From Malacoraja senta (taxonomy: Eukaryota): 64,000 nt of DNA. Below are positions 1-12,989 of this stretch, one piece after another; the first letter of the stretch is position 1, and every line of letters starts with the position of its first letter. The position numbers and the translations under genes were made by a program. A model generated the notes under the pieces. It saw only the letters and a list, made by a program, of their open reading frames with translations. It was not told where the DNA came from and made no database searches. The stretch is taken from assembly GCA_038087875.1 (NCBI GenBank), contig CM075989.1, positions 9,426,001-9,490,000 on the forward strand, written 5' to 3'.

Positions 1-498
1 ACATTGAAAAAACATTTTATGAAATCGCAAAATCTTTACATTTTGGCTAGTTGCATTAGAATTCTGTACGTATAAATAATGGACAAATGGAAAATTACCT
101 AATGTGACCTTTACATGTCTTTTGTTGCATTTTACAAAATAGACAATATTTAAGATATCAAGCTGGTTTATATCGGCAGGTCAGGCAACATCCCTGGAAA
201 ACTTGTATTGGGTCGAGACTCATCGACAGAATAAGGGCCCGACTCAGTTATGCTGCCTGACTAACTGAGTTATTCCAGCACTTTGTCCTTTTTTGAAAAC
301 CAGCATCTGCAGTTCCTTGTTTCTACTAGGCAATATTAAAGTTGTTTTTTATTCATTCATTATTATAACCTGCATAAAATGTTTATTTCACTGGGCTTCA
401 TGAAATTGAAAGCTAGCTTTTGTTAATAGAAGTGTGACGAGTGATAGTACTGGTGATCTGGATTAGTTGATCATGAATGCATACATTTATTTTTACAG

Positions 499-659
499 CT
501 GGGCAAAATGCGATTGACGATCCCATGTCGTGCTATAACCTGCTCGCATCTCCAGTGCTTTGATGCAACTCTTTACATTCAGATGAACGAGAAAAAACCT
601 ACGTGGGTTTGTCCAGTGTGTGATAAAAAGGGCCCTTATGAACATCTAATTATTGATGG
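499..659 (+). CDS. PIAS1: PIAS1 internal coding exon (SP-RING/Miz zinc finger)
   Basis: ttttacag|CTG...GATGG|gtgag; 161 nt. Translates [54 protein letters not shown], nearly identical to the PIAS1 SP-RING as recalled. Confidence 0.97.
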
Positions 660-2309
660 GTGAGCAAATGATCCTACGTTCAAATAAAAATTCATGTTTT
701 GCTTAACCACTTTCTTGGATTTAGATGAACTTGATCCCTTGAGTGATTTTTGAGCAGCATTTATACTAAATACACCATTATGTGAATGTATTTACCATTT
801 AAATTGAGTGCCTTGGTATGGAGAAAGTTTAGAGACTATAACCTCGTTAGGTGGTACATTTAGCAACTTCTCTACATTTTCAAATATTGTAGATTGCACC
901 TTGATTAAACAGACTCTTGGTATATTTTCTAACCTTGATCAAGAAAGGTCAAAATATTATTTACAAGAGAAAGCCTGTTTCCTTTGTAGGTTTGAGTGAC
1001 AGCAAAAAAAATATTTCATGTGGCAAAGTTAGCATTGAGGATGAATACTAAGGCTGCTTACTAGCCCAGTGGTAAATGTACTGCATGAGTGAGGTGAAGA
1101 AATGAGACCAGAATCTGTGATTGTTCTTCTGTTTTTAGTTGATCTTGACCAGTTGTGAAATGGCATACCTTCTGCTCCTATGTGAGGAAGAGAGAAGAAT
1201 AATTTAGGATCCCCATGCCAATAAGTCCTCTTGGAAAGCAGCTTTTCTGACATTGAAATAGTCATATTTGGCTGCAATGCAACCCACGCTTCCTGTGTGT
1301 CTGCCACATAGTCTTGAACAATGACAAGAGTTGCATCTTCTTTCAGGGGAGACAAATTAGAAACTGATTGAAAATTGTGCTGGTGGAGATTTTTTTTTAT
1401 ATTTTGAGGTGGAATCTTAAGCAGTTCATCAGATTGAGTGGTGTCCGTCTGTTTATCCATCCCAGGTCCATTTACTTTAAATGTTCTGTTTTTGTATGAG
1501 CTCTATTTGGGCCTTCTGCACTCTTCCTTACCTTCAACACTATCTCAAGCTTTTTTTATGTTGCTTCAAGCACAATTGACTCATATTTAAAATCCTGGTG
1601 ACATCTGGTGTTAGACAAATTATTTTTGCAAAATATTTTTCCATTGCCCTTTCTCTACGCCTGCGGTGGTGGGTCTGATGTTTTGATTAAATCAATTTTC
1701 TAACGGTCCCACTATAGATTTTGTTTATTCAGAGGCATGCTTGGGATGTAGTTATTGGCTGCATCTTGATGTGTGACTTTGGTGAAAGTTACAATTGGCA
1801 TATGCTTGAAGCTCTTTGTGCCTATTTAGTTATCATCCTTTTAAATATAAAGTGTGGTCAGAATGAGCTTTGAAGAGGCAAGATAATTGGGGCGAGGGTA
1901 AAGATTGTGTGGGGTACAGGTTGAAAAGATTCAAAAATAAAATCATTTGTCAGTATTTGATAGATTAGAAAGACCTGATGTTTGCTATACCTGATATTTT
2001 GACAAACCTTGGTACTAAGGGCTGAATCGTCCATAACTTGCTTTTGTCATTGGATGTTAGCACACAGAAATGGAATGTTTTCTATCTTTACACTAATAAA
2101 GTTAGGATGCTGTAAAATTTTCACTGCTTAAAGGTGGGTTTGATAAAAGTCACAGATGTATTCCTGTAGCAAAATGCTGAGGTTCTCTAATGTCTTCCGA
2201 GTTTTGATAGTATTCAATCCCAAGGTGAAATGATGAAGACTTTTTTTTAAATCGGAAATGAGTGAGATTTTTTAAAGCGATTATGTTGGGCTTGGAAGTT
2301 TTTAAAAAA

Positions 2310-2760
2310 AGGGAGTGCTGGAGTAACCCAGTGGATCAGGCAGCATCTCTGGAGAACATGGATAGGTGACATTTCGAGTCGGGACCCTTCTTCCGACTGT
2401 TTGTGGTTGAGGGGAGAGTGAGGTAGAAACCTGGACGAGAGGGGGATCAGGTCAAAGCAACTCTACCGCAGCGCCACCTACCGTGCCGCCCTAAGTGCTG
2501 GGTGGATATGGGTGAGGGGGCTTTTATATAGTCAGATGGTTGGGAAAAGGCCAGACATAAAAAGCCTAAAGGTGTGAGAGGATAGAAGAGTGTGAATCGT
2601 CAAGCCAGAGGAAGGAATGTAGATGGTGGGGGAAGGGAGAAATGGGTGCGTTCAGCTGTGGCACAGCGAAGGGGGGTAGGGGGTTTGGTAACATACCTAA
2701 AATTGGAGAATTCAAAGTTCATTCTGCGGTGTTATAAGCTACTCAAGCAAAATATAAGGC
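2310..2760 (-). mobile_element. Penelope-like element 3' fragment (degenerate)
   Basis: Same terminal motif (tgctggagtaac...ggtgacatttcg...cccttcttc) and GIY-YIG C-terminus remnant as 55730-56395. Confidence 0.65.
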
Positions 2761-4486
2761 ACTTAGTCTTGGAAGTGTTGGAAATGGGTATATTTTGTAA
2801 TTAAGTGGGAAAAAAAGCTTATTGGGAAAGAGGCTTTGTGATGTTTGTAACAAATGTATATCTGAAGCATTATATAACTAAAACTAAACATTAAATTTCC
2901 AGACTGTTCATGTGGTCTACATTAACCAAATTAACTGCCTGCAGCCAAAGTATTTTACATTCTATGAGATCAGTAGAATCCCAGTGCAATGTTTTTCTGA
3001 TTTGTGTATAATTTAGATGACTTCTGCATTTCAGCTTTCAAATCTATATTACACAGCATGAAGATCATTATGTGTAACACAATTAAATCAGAAAAAATAA
3101 GTTTTGCAATTAATTTGGTGGTTAGTATACAGTACTAATTCTATTCAGTGCACTGTTTTGTCATTTGTGCACGTTTTTAAGTGTTGGTTGCTAGAGATTG
3201 CCTTGAGGTTTGCTTCACTTCTCAAGCTGGCTATGAATTGGGAGAGTGAGCCCCATTTAGCTTATTGCCACATTTGAGTTTTTATGTCCAGCAGGTTGAA
3301 ACCTTTTTTTGCTTTGTATCTTGCTCTTAAATTCAACCATTATCTAGGCTATGAGCAGAATTCATTCGGGGACAATGGACAGAGCAGCAAAAACTGTTGC
3401 TTTTGGATTTGTCTCACTTAACGGCATTGGTGTCTGCTTATTCTATGGAGTAATTTGTTGCCGTTTATAATGGCTTTATAACGGTCTTCATCTATTGAAC
3501 ATAGCGGGAGTCCAAGGTGACTGGAAAATGCCTTACTGCTACATTACTGAGTGATGAAAGTGGAAAGTAAAATGTGCATGAGGGAGGGGGAGGGGATCAG
3601 GATGATGGGTGGTGTGGGGGGGGGGGGGGGGGAGAGATGTAACTTGACATTTGGAGAATTCTTGCCATTGTGTTGCAGCCTCCCCAAGTGGAATATGATG
3701 TGTTGTTCTTCCAGTCTGTGCGTGGCCCAACTCTGGCAGTGTAGGAGGCCAAGGTCAGACTGTCGGTATGGGAAAGTGAAGAGAAATTAAAATAGTGAGG
3801 AACCAGGATCTACAGCTGTCCTTGGCAGATAGAGAGCAAGTGTTGCTGGTCAATAAAATTGAAAACAAATTAGATATAATCCAATTCAATGGACAAAACA
3901 AGTTCGAAAGACCTTTCTACCCCAATGCTTGAAATCTTGTGGTTTACAACTGGATTCAGAGATGATACATGCTTTGCGAAGCATGCTTTCAAGGACCATT
4001 ATATTTGCAAAGAAAAACTATTTTGGTTCTGTAGATGAAGATGCAGTTCAGATACACTTCCATGAGCTGTTGCCACATTGCATCTTTAAGATAAATTTCA
4101 CAAATTTGCAGATGATACAAAACTTGGAAGCATTTGAGGTGGTTAGTATAAAGACTTCGCCAATTAGGTGAAAATCAGGCTGATTCCAGAAAACGCAATG
4201 GAAGTAAAAATAAATGAGGCAGAGATATGGCCATTAGATGAATGATTAAGTTTCAGCTTGTCAAAACAAGCATGGTTTGCATGAGTTACTGCATCCTCAC
4301 AGAGGAGATTAATCAGCTTCTGACTATTTTTATCATCATTAGCAACTGATATTCTGCACCAAAGTTGAGGAAAGTCATAGAATCTCTTGCTTTACAAATT
4401 TTGCAAATGAAAAGATAAAATAGTTTTAATATAATTTGTGTTTTAACAAACACAGAACATCTTGGACTCCTTCAAATGCAATAGTA

Positions 4487-5185
4487 CAAGACATTAGCCT
4501 CACGTGGAGTATTGTGTTCAGTTTTGAGTGATACTTTATTATCACATGTGAGGTTGCCACGACTTGAGGTCCTATGCTATAAGGAGAGTTTGGGCAGGTT
4601 AGGTCTTTATTCCTTGGTGCACAGTTCGCTGAGGGGTGATCTTATAGAGGTGTATAAAACCATGAGGGAAATCGACAGAGTAAATGCACAGTCATTTTCT
4701 CAGGCTCGGGGGAATTAAGGACTAGGGGGCATATGTACAAGGTGAGACGGGAAAGGGTCAACACTAACCTGAGAGGCATCCTTTTCACACAGAGGGTGGT
4801 GGGCATGTGGAACAAGCTGCCCAAGGAAGGATTTTGGAAAGAACTGCAGATGCTGATATAAATCGAAGGTAGACACAAAATGCTGGAGTAACTCAGCGGG
4901 ACAGCATCTCTGGAGAGAAGGAATCAGTCTGAAGGAGGGTCTCGACCCGAAACTTCACCCATTCCTTCTCTCCAGAGATGCTGCCTGTCCCGCAGAGTTA
5001 CTCCGGAATTTTGTGTCTGCCCAAGGAAGTAGTTGAGGCAGGCACAATAACATTCAAAACATTTGGACAGGTTGGACAGGAAGTGTTTTGAGGGATATGA
5101 CCCATACATGTTCGAATGAGATGAGCTTAGATAGGGCATCTTGGTCGGCAAGAAGGCCTTGTTACTGTATTCTGACTCTATGGCA
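4487..5185 (+). mobile_element. CR1-clade LINE 3' fragment interrupted by a Penelope-derived insert
   Basis: LGRLGLYSL...LRGDLIEVYK RT C-terminus and CR1 3' end. Confidence 0.85.
4830..5016. mobile_element. Penelope-derived short inverted-repeat element with 13-bp TSD
   Basis: CTGCCCAAGGAAG at 4817-4829 and 5017-5029; arms acacaaaatgctggagtaactcagcgggacag and ctgtcccgcagagttactccggaattttgtgt. Confidence 0.85.
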
Positions 5186-7899
5186 CGAAGACTCGATGAT
5201 ATTAAGACAGATGAGTCTTCCACTTTTACTCCTGGTCTGTGAAAACCCATCATAATGTTTTAAAATGTGAAGTGAGCTTTGTAAACCGCAATATAACATA
5301 TAATTCAATCAATATTGGTGGGCATCCTATTTTTTTTTAGTATTGCAAATGAGCCATCTGCTGACAATGTGGAATGCTTTGTTAAATCCACTGCCGATAT
5401 ACAGCAGAGAGATTTGATCTCTACATGATGCAGGAGATATATCACATTTCATTGATCTAGCAGACCTACATGCACACTAATTCAGGGGCGATACTACTCA
5501 CTCGCTGATGTGTATGTGCCAGATTGATTCTTCGGTCATGCCTGGCTTGTAGTAGCTCATCCTCAATCTAGTATTTAAGTGGGAGGTGAGGGCATTATGG
5601 TAGTAGATGTCCTTTGCCACATTTGAGGATTTCCATTATATTCCATTTGATGCAGTAATTTTGCCACTTGCATTGAGCCAGTCTCTTTTGCTTATCTTTC
5701 CCACAGTAGGGTTGATAACTCTGGCGTGACTCACAGAGTTGATAATTAGTTCAGTGATTAGCTGGTGGTGATTCTTTTTGAGTTTAGCCTTTTGATTGCA
5801 CTTTCTGGCTTTCATCACCAATGGCATCAAAACCATTCAATGAACTAGTTTGTAGAAAACGTAGAACTATTATCTCCCCTCGGGAACATGGTCTACCTGG
5901 TGCATTAAAAAAGGAAGCTAGCTGAGAGGATGAAAGCAATGCCTTAATTAACAAAAGCAAATGCTGCACCAATCAGTTTTCGATCAGTCATTGTGATGTG
6001 CTAACACAAACCGCCTCGGGCCCCACTCAGAAGCTTACACCTCTCAAATGGAGCATTGGTGAAGTCATCACAGCAGATTAATTTGTAAAAAAAAATTCTA
6101 TTATATAGGCAAATGGATTTATTGTTCAGCAATGACCAATTTGATTGTTTTACTACTGCAGGCTCTGCAGCAACCATTGGAGAAAGCTGAGAGAAGGTAG
6201 ACAGGTTGCCAACGAATGTGCTTAATGTTTTGAAAAGAAGCACACCAGAACACAAGTCCTGTAATTCCATCATCACTATCATTCTAATTATGGCAGGAAC
6301 ATGCACCATTTTCCATTTGAGCTATCTCCACAAATCTGTTCACTTCAACCACGAAGGTTGGCATGAAATGTGAACATCTGGCCCATTCCACCAGGTGCCA
6401 CAATTCAGGAATTATGCAGTTGCAAGATTTACATGAGCAAATTTAATTTTTAACTTATTATTTGAAAGATATTTAATTCTTCCAGAAAATTCTTAGAGGC
6501 CAGTGATGATGTGAATTCTGCTTTTTACAACCAAATCCCAAAATGCCAGCGGTTTGTTTGAGTAACCTGGCAGGTATTTATTTGCTGGAGGCACGAGGGA
6601 ATATCTCTTCCCAAAGGTGGCCTTTCTAATCAATTGTTTATGCTAACGCCTGTGCCATAACGCAATGGACTTGATGAATAATCTACAAGGTGACTCAATT
6701 TACAAAATTATGCCAAAATATTTTTCAATCTATTTTGAATTTTCCTTAATGATAGGATTGATTCAATGATTTTAATTGGAGAGGCTGAGTATTCCAGTGG
6801 GATAAAGAAATCAATGCACTTAAGTCCACTTAGTTGCAGAAGTAAATTTTTATCCTTTTTCTTCTGCCAGTTTGTCGGCCGGTTTATTGGCTTGCTAAAA
6901 ATCAGTTCACAGTGTACTTGGAACATGCAGAAAAGTGAATATTACCAAATAGTAGCAGCATTAACTAATTTTGCAAGGCAGGGGGAGAAGTATTTTGAAG
7001 CATTTAATATGTAACATTGAAACTGATAAAATGTGAAGAAGGTAATGGAGTATACTGTTGATGTGAGGAGAGTTGACTATGATTCATTGACAAATGTAAG
7101 GCAGTAGACAGGCAGTGGTTAGCACTTAAAGAAAAAGCATATGAATTGTAAAAGAAATATGTTACTTCAAGGGCCAAAAACCCATAAGGGAAAGTGGTTC
7201 TTCCATACCTCATGGGATATATTAGAGTACTAAATCAAAAGAGACTTATGAAGTCACCTGAAATTTCAGTACATCTGAGATTGGGAGCATTTTAGAACTT
7301 GGTAAAAGAAATAAAGGCATATAGAATGCAAGATAGATTAGTGAGAAGCATAATAACACTCAATGAGGTTTTATAGGTACGTAAAAAAAAAACAATAGAC
7401 TAGCAAGAGCCCGAAACGTTGCCTATTTCCTTCGCTCCATAGATGCTGCCGCACCCGCTGAGTTTCTCCAGCAATTTTGTCTACCCATTATGTAAGTAGG
7501 CTTTGGAGGAAATGGTCAAACTGGGTAGGTGGGTGCACACAAGGAAGATGGTATATAATGCGGGAAAAAAAGTGAGCACAGCCAGATTGAACAACTTCAA
7601 ACAGTATTTGTCAATGCTGAGAGATTGTGTGGGACTGTTTCAAAGCCATTGAAGGCTAAACGTAGGTACAGTAGGAGATTGGAAAGACAAACGGCATATT
7701 AACTTTTATAGCAGGAGGATTTAGTTATAGGAGTAAGGAAATACTACTGTAGTTGCACAGGGCCTTGGTGAGACTGCGATGAGAATATTGCCTGTTTTTT
7801 GTATTCTTCCCTTTGAAAGGATTGAATGGAATGAAACTGTGCACTTAAGGTCAATAGACCAAAGGAATTGAGGGATGTGAATTCAGACTCTCCCAGTTG

Positions 7900-8362
7900 G
7901 ATTGGTCGTGGAGCTTGTGTGTCTCAGTGACCCCTAGAGCTATGCCAGCGGGAGATTCGTCTCCTGTTAGGTGGACAGGTCGAAGGGTAGAGGCGAGACG
8001 AAGAGCGATCCACTGGTCCTCCAGTTTGGAGTTTGAGCACACGGCTAACAACCCTGTCACGTAAAACAAATGTGTAACGGAAACAGCAACTGAAGGAATC
8101 AACACTACTGGGCGTGGTGGACTTCCAGGGCTATCGATAGATACTAAGATGAATGTCAATGGAAGAGAACCAGACCGCATCCTAAGAAAAGCCCTGCACT
8201 GGACACCAGAAGGGAAAAGGAAAAGAGGGAGACCCAAAACCACCTGGCGTCGAACTGTAGAGGAGGAAATGAAAACAATGGACCTGACCTGGGGTAGTGT
8301 CCAAGACCTCCGTTGCTGCCCTACATGCCAGGAGGCATAATAGGCAGTAAGAAAAGTAAGAA
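7900..8362 (+). mobile_element. RTE-clade non-LTR element, internally deleted (5' region joined to 3' end)
   Basis: KALHWTPEGKRKRGRPKTTWRRTVEEE RTE C-terminal motif; (GTAAG)-like tail; RTE-like 5' sequence gtcgtggagcttgtgtgtctcagtgacccctagagctatgcc. Confidence 0.75.
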
Positions 8363-8369
8363 TAAGAAT

Positions 8370-8465
8370 TCAGACTGAAGAAGGGTCCCGACCCGAAACG
8401 TCACCCATTCCTTCTCTCCAGAGATGCTGTCTGTCCCGCTGAGTTACTCCAGCACTTTGAGTCCA
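8370..8465 (+). mobile_element. Penelope-derived terminal fragment with hammerhead-like core
   Basis: CTGAAGA-A-GGGT-CCCG-ACCC-GAAACGTC at 8375-8402. Confidence 0.75.
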
Positions 8466-8474
8466 ACTTCGAAC

Positions 8475-8680
8475 CAAGCATACCAAATGTCTATCTACTC
8501 GTGTTGCCACTTTCAAGGAGTTATGGACTTGGACTAAAAGATCCCTCTGTATGTCAATGCTTTTAAGGGTCTTGCCATTAATTATGTATTTTCCCTTTAC
8601 ATTTGACCTCCCAAAGTGCAACACCTCACACCTATTTGGATAAAACTCCATCTGCCCATTCTCAGTCCATTTGTCTGCTC
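8475..8680 (-). mobile_element. CR1 LINE RT fragment
   Basis: WTENGQMEFYPNRCEVLHFGRSN...QRDLLVQVHNSLK. Confidence 0.85.
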
Positions 8681-10455
8681 CAACTTTTATTAAAAAAGTA
8701 ATTTGAACTAAAATGTTAACTCCTCTCTTCACAGATGCTGCCTGACATGCTGAGTATCTCCAGTATTTTCTGATTTTGAGTTCCAGCATCTGCAGCTTTT
8801 TTACTTTCAGTACAATATAATGATGTCCTCTTTATTCAATGCTGATGTGTGGCGTACCTTGAAGTATCTTTTGTTAGATTGAATCAATGCAGTTCACACT
8901 TAAACTTTAGAACCACTCTTGAGTATAGGAGAACAGAAGGCAAAATTACACATCACTATTCAAGCAATAATAAGAAAGAACGTTATTGAAAATTCTAATG
9001 TAAAAATAAAATTGTGGAATTGGTATGTGGCAGATAGTTGGCTTACCTAGTTATAGAATTTATAGCTGAACACTGACCTGTTTCAGTTTCCTATCTGTAT
9101 GGAACTGTTAAGTGTGAGGCTATTTTTAAATCTATGGTTCCTGCTGCACTACAGTTAAAAGAATGGTATTCAAGTTGGAAATGCCATTGTAATTTTAATC
9201 TTGCCCTTTGCACCTTTCTCACAAACGTCTGTTCTTGGTTACTTGCCAGTTTGGTTTGGGATTTGATTCATGAAGTGACTGCAACTCTTGTACGCTGCAA
9301 CAGTGAAGACTGCCATTGGGATGTTTAATGTTGCAGCAAGGGTATTGCAGTGACGTGTTCCTTTGATTATCTTGAATTTCCATTGATATTCAGCAAATAT
9401 CAATCATAAGAGGCCATTATTGATTGTCCCTTTCTTCATTATCGTTTGGCTGATTTCATTGTCCTAAAACCACCAAAGTAATATAGCATATTAGACTGGG
9501 GTTGAGTCTAATGCATTTTTTCTAAAGAAAGATGCTTGATTGTTGTAAATGAAAACTAAATTGGCAGGCATGCTGACTACTTTAGTTTTGAGGTTTACAT
9601 TGGAGGTTGGGGATTATTGAGGAAACTTAGAAATGAAACAGACTTTTCTCAACTGTGTGATTTATTTCTGTACCATATGCGATGATTGGCTGCAACTAGA
9701 CCGTTGTTTTTTATATATGTAACCATTAGAAGTACAAGATCAAGTACAGAAAGTGCTTCACAATTTGCAGTTGGCAGAATTAGAGACATGATAGTTTGTA
9801 GTTATAAATACTGAAGTAGTAATCTAGAAAACTGAATTCATGATACAGCAGTGTGTCACATCCAACCATGGCAGCTGTGAAGATTATATTTCATGCATCT
9901 GGAATGAGCTAGTTTCAGTAATATCGACCTTTATCATACATGGTTGTGTTGGACAATTGTAAGTTCAGCTTAATAGTAAGTAACCAGTATATCCTGCAAT
10001 AACCGGATTGTCATAAAACATGTCTGATAATTTCCTGTTCTCAACTATCCCGTAATAGCTCTCTGAGGCACTCTCTTTAAGGACAATTTAAGTGGAGAGC
10101 AAATGTTAGCTTCAGCAATGTCTTGTAAATGAATAATTAATTATTGGGGTGTGTATGGCAATATTAAGCTTGTTGGGTGTTTTTTAATTAAAATGTATAA
10201 TTCTGCTTATTAAATTCTTCACATAGCTCATTGTATAAATGTAGAGGTGAGTGATATCAAGACCAAAGGTGGCCCAGCTTGCATTGAACGATCCTTCATT
10301 ACAGGTTAAAGTTTAGAAATGGCCATGATCTGGCAAATTCCTAGAAATTCAAATATTCCTAACAGTTGAATAGCTTCTAGATAGTTCCAAACGGTTTAGT
10401 AATGATAGTTGGAGGGAATAACTTCATTGATCTGTGAATTATTTTCATAAAACAG

Positions 10456-10586
10456 ATTATTCATGGAAATCCTCAGTTGTTGCACGGACTGTGATGAGAT
10501 TCAGTTTAAGGAAGATGGGGCGTGGTCACCGATGAGAACGAAGAAAGAAGTTCAGGAAGTGAATTCTTCTTATAATGGAGTGGATG
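10456..10586 (+). CDS. PIAS1: PIAS1 internal coding exon (SP-CTD region)
   Basis: aaacag|A TTA TTC...GAT G|gtatgt; 131 nt, phase matches previous exon. LFMEILSCCTDCDEIQFKEDGAWSPMRTKKEVQEVNSSYNGVD. Confidence 0.96.
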
Positions 10587-10624
10587 GTATGTACTTTAGT
10601 TGAACAAAAATGCAGAAGTAAATG

Positions 10625-10831
10625 CAAAGAACAAAGGAGGAGCCGGTGGGGGGGGGGCGCCGTGGGGAGGGGGGGTAGAGGACAAATTAGGACCTTGCAC
10701 GGGATACTTTGTAACATTTGTCAACACCCTTTATGTGGCGGCTATTTGCATACCTTGGGTATGCAAACATAGAATTTCACTGACTTGTCACGTGACAATA
10801 AAGGAAATAAAGTATTCATTCATTCATTCAT
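10625..10831 (+). mobile_element. Non-LTR 3'-end fragment with (TTCA)n tail; related copy near 28665-28858
   Basis: G-run head, tactttgtaac...gctatttgcatac...gaatttcactg...gtgacaataaa, (ttca)n. Confidence 0.6.
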
Positions 10832-11471
10832 CTCAAGGAGTGAAGGTAAATTATAAAATAATAATTACATTAAATCTTATGCTGGAGAAGGATTCTGTTG
10901 TCTAAATCACGTGGGATGATAACTAAAGTGAAAGGCACCCCATCTTACATTCCTGCAGATGAACAAAAACTGCTATAATAATCCACCCAGGAAACAAGCT
11001 AAATGTCAAGCCAGCCTTGGATTGAAATGAGACAAAAATGCAAGGAATATTAAAGTGCAGAAGATGGAGACAAATTATAGTGAAGCCAGCTATGGCTGAT
11101 ATATAGTGCACTTCACTAGTTTACAGCAATATTTGTGAAACTGCACCCCAGAATTAAATGTAATTACCTGATAAAGATTGTGTTCCTCAATCTCTGATTT
11201 TCATTGCAGTTTCAAATCCTAGAAGAGTTTGTTATTATTACATGAAATTCAAATAACAATCATATTGTGTTTTGGAAGTCCATTAAATTTTGTTTGAGAG
11301 CCAGATTTGTTGTTGGAGAAAGCCCACAACGGGAATGAACCTGCCCAGAGATGAAAATGGCATATATACCAGGAAAAGTGAATATTTATCAAAATCATCA
11401 GCGCCTATTTGCCGACAATTAAATATCTTTGTTTCAACATAAAATATGGACTGTTTTCATTTATTTGTTAG

Positions 11472-11634
11472 GTGCATGTCCAAGCTTATCCGACCAGAGA
11501 CATTCGTCACAAAACAGTAGGAAAGTTGAAGTGATTGATCTGACACTCGACAGTTCATCAGAAGAAGAAGATGATGAGCCACCGGCAAAGAGATACCCAG
11601 CAATTTCTTCTCCGTCACCGCCCATTAACAAAGG
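11472..11634 (+). CDS. PIAS1: PIAS1 internal coding exon carrying the SUMO-interacting motif and acidic/Ser tract
   Basis: ttgttag|GT...AAAGG|gtaag; 163 nt. Contains KVEVIDLTLDSSSEEEDDEPPAKR. Confidence 0.95.
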
Positions 11635-12989
11635 GTAAGCTTTGGGAGGGATCTCAGTCTTGCGATGCTTTTTATATATTTGAAATGAGTTTGTACTGTG
11701 GGAAAAAAACTCCATGGCAATTTGAAAGCTGGAAATGCATGCAAAAAAAATATTTTTTCCCTTTTCAAATACGGATTGCTGCTACATGCAGTGTTCATTA
11801 TCCCCCTCCACACAGGGATTCTCTTCCACTTGGTTTTATTAGTCTATCCAAAGCTTAAGGACTTTGTTCTTGTATGCATTTGTCATTCCTATTTAGAGCA
11901 TCTTGAAACGCTTTACTGTATATATGTCAATTGCAGTCTGCTGTTTCTGTAATTAAAGTGATTGCAGCAAAATTATCGGTGTGTTAAGCTTAACTGCTGA
12001 TAATTAGGGGTTTTCTTTCTCCACTCAAACTCCAAGGCACTGACATTTGGTGTTAACCATTACTAACTTGATTTTCCTAAAATGGGTCCTTAATTTTCCC
12101 TCGTCTCCTCCCAGAGTACTTTGCTGTGACATAACTCCATGCTATCTGTTCAAATGAGTTGTGTAAATCCAGGCAATAATTGCATGACGTATATAAAAGA
12201 AGGATCTTTGATATTTTTAAATCTAACTGCAGTGAAAATCTTTAAACATATGCATATATGTAATGCTGTTTAAATTAAAGATGATCAAACAATCCGGCTG
12301 CATCTTTAGTCATCTAATTTAACCTTTGCTGAAAGCACTTGAAAAAGATCAAAAGCTTTCCAAAAGAAGGCTCTAATCAGTTGCATCAGCCATAAAGATT
12401 ATACTTGTAGGACAACTTCATAGCCACAACTGAAGCACACACAGTAACAATGGTTTTATTTGCTCCTGGTTTTCAGAAAATAGAATTACACAGCAATACA
12501 GCACAGAAATAAGTCCCTCAGCCCATCTTATATGTGCCAACCAAGTTGCTTACTAGTCTAGTCTTATTTGTCTGCTTTCGACCCATATCCCTCAGAACCG
12601 TTTCTATCAGTATGCCCGTTCAAGCGTATTTATCCATTGTAAAACGATTGTACACATCTTTACTACTTCCTCTGGCAGTTCATCCCACATACTCACCACC
12701 CTCTGTGTTGGGATGAAGGTTTTGCCTCGGGTCCCCTTAACTCTCTCTCCCTCCACCACCCCCCCACCTTCACCTTCAATCTATGTGGTCTTCACCACCG
12801 TACTGGCACCTTCTCTGCTAGAACTACCACCCTATTGGTGTTCAGAGGCCCTTTGACACCATGATCAAGTGACCTCTCGTACACTGACTGGATAGTTGTG
12901 TTTATGGTCAGACTAACTTTCAAGTTTATACAGTTGAACAGAGATCACTAATAGACTACAGAAAACCAAAGTGCTGATATTAGTATGAT

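Noticed and set aside
1029..1460. 143-aa ORF antisense within a PIAS1 intron
   Set aside because: No recognisable homology or exon context; length is compatible with chance.
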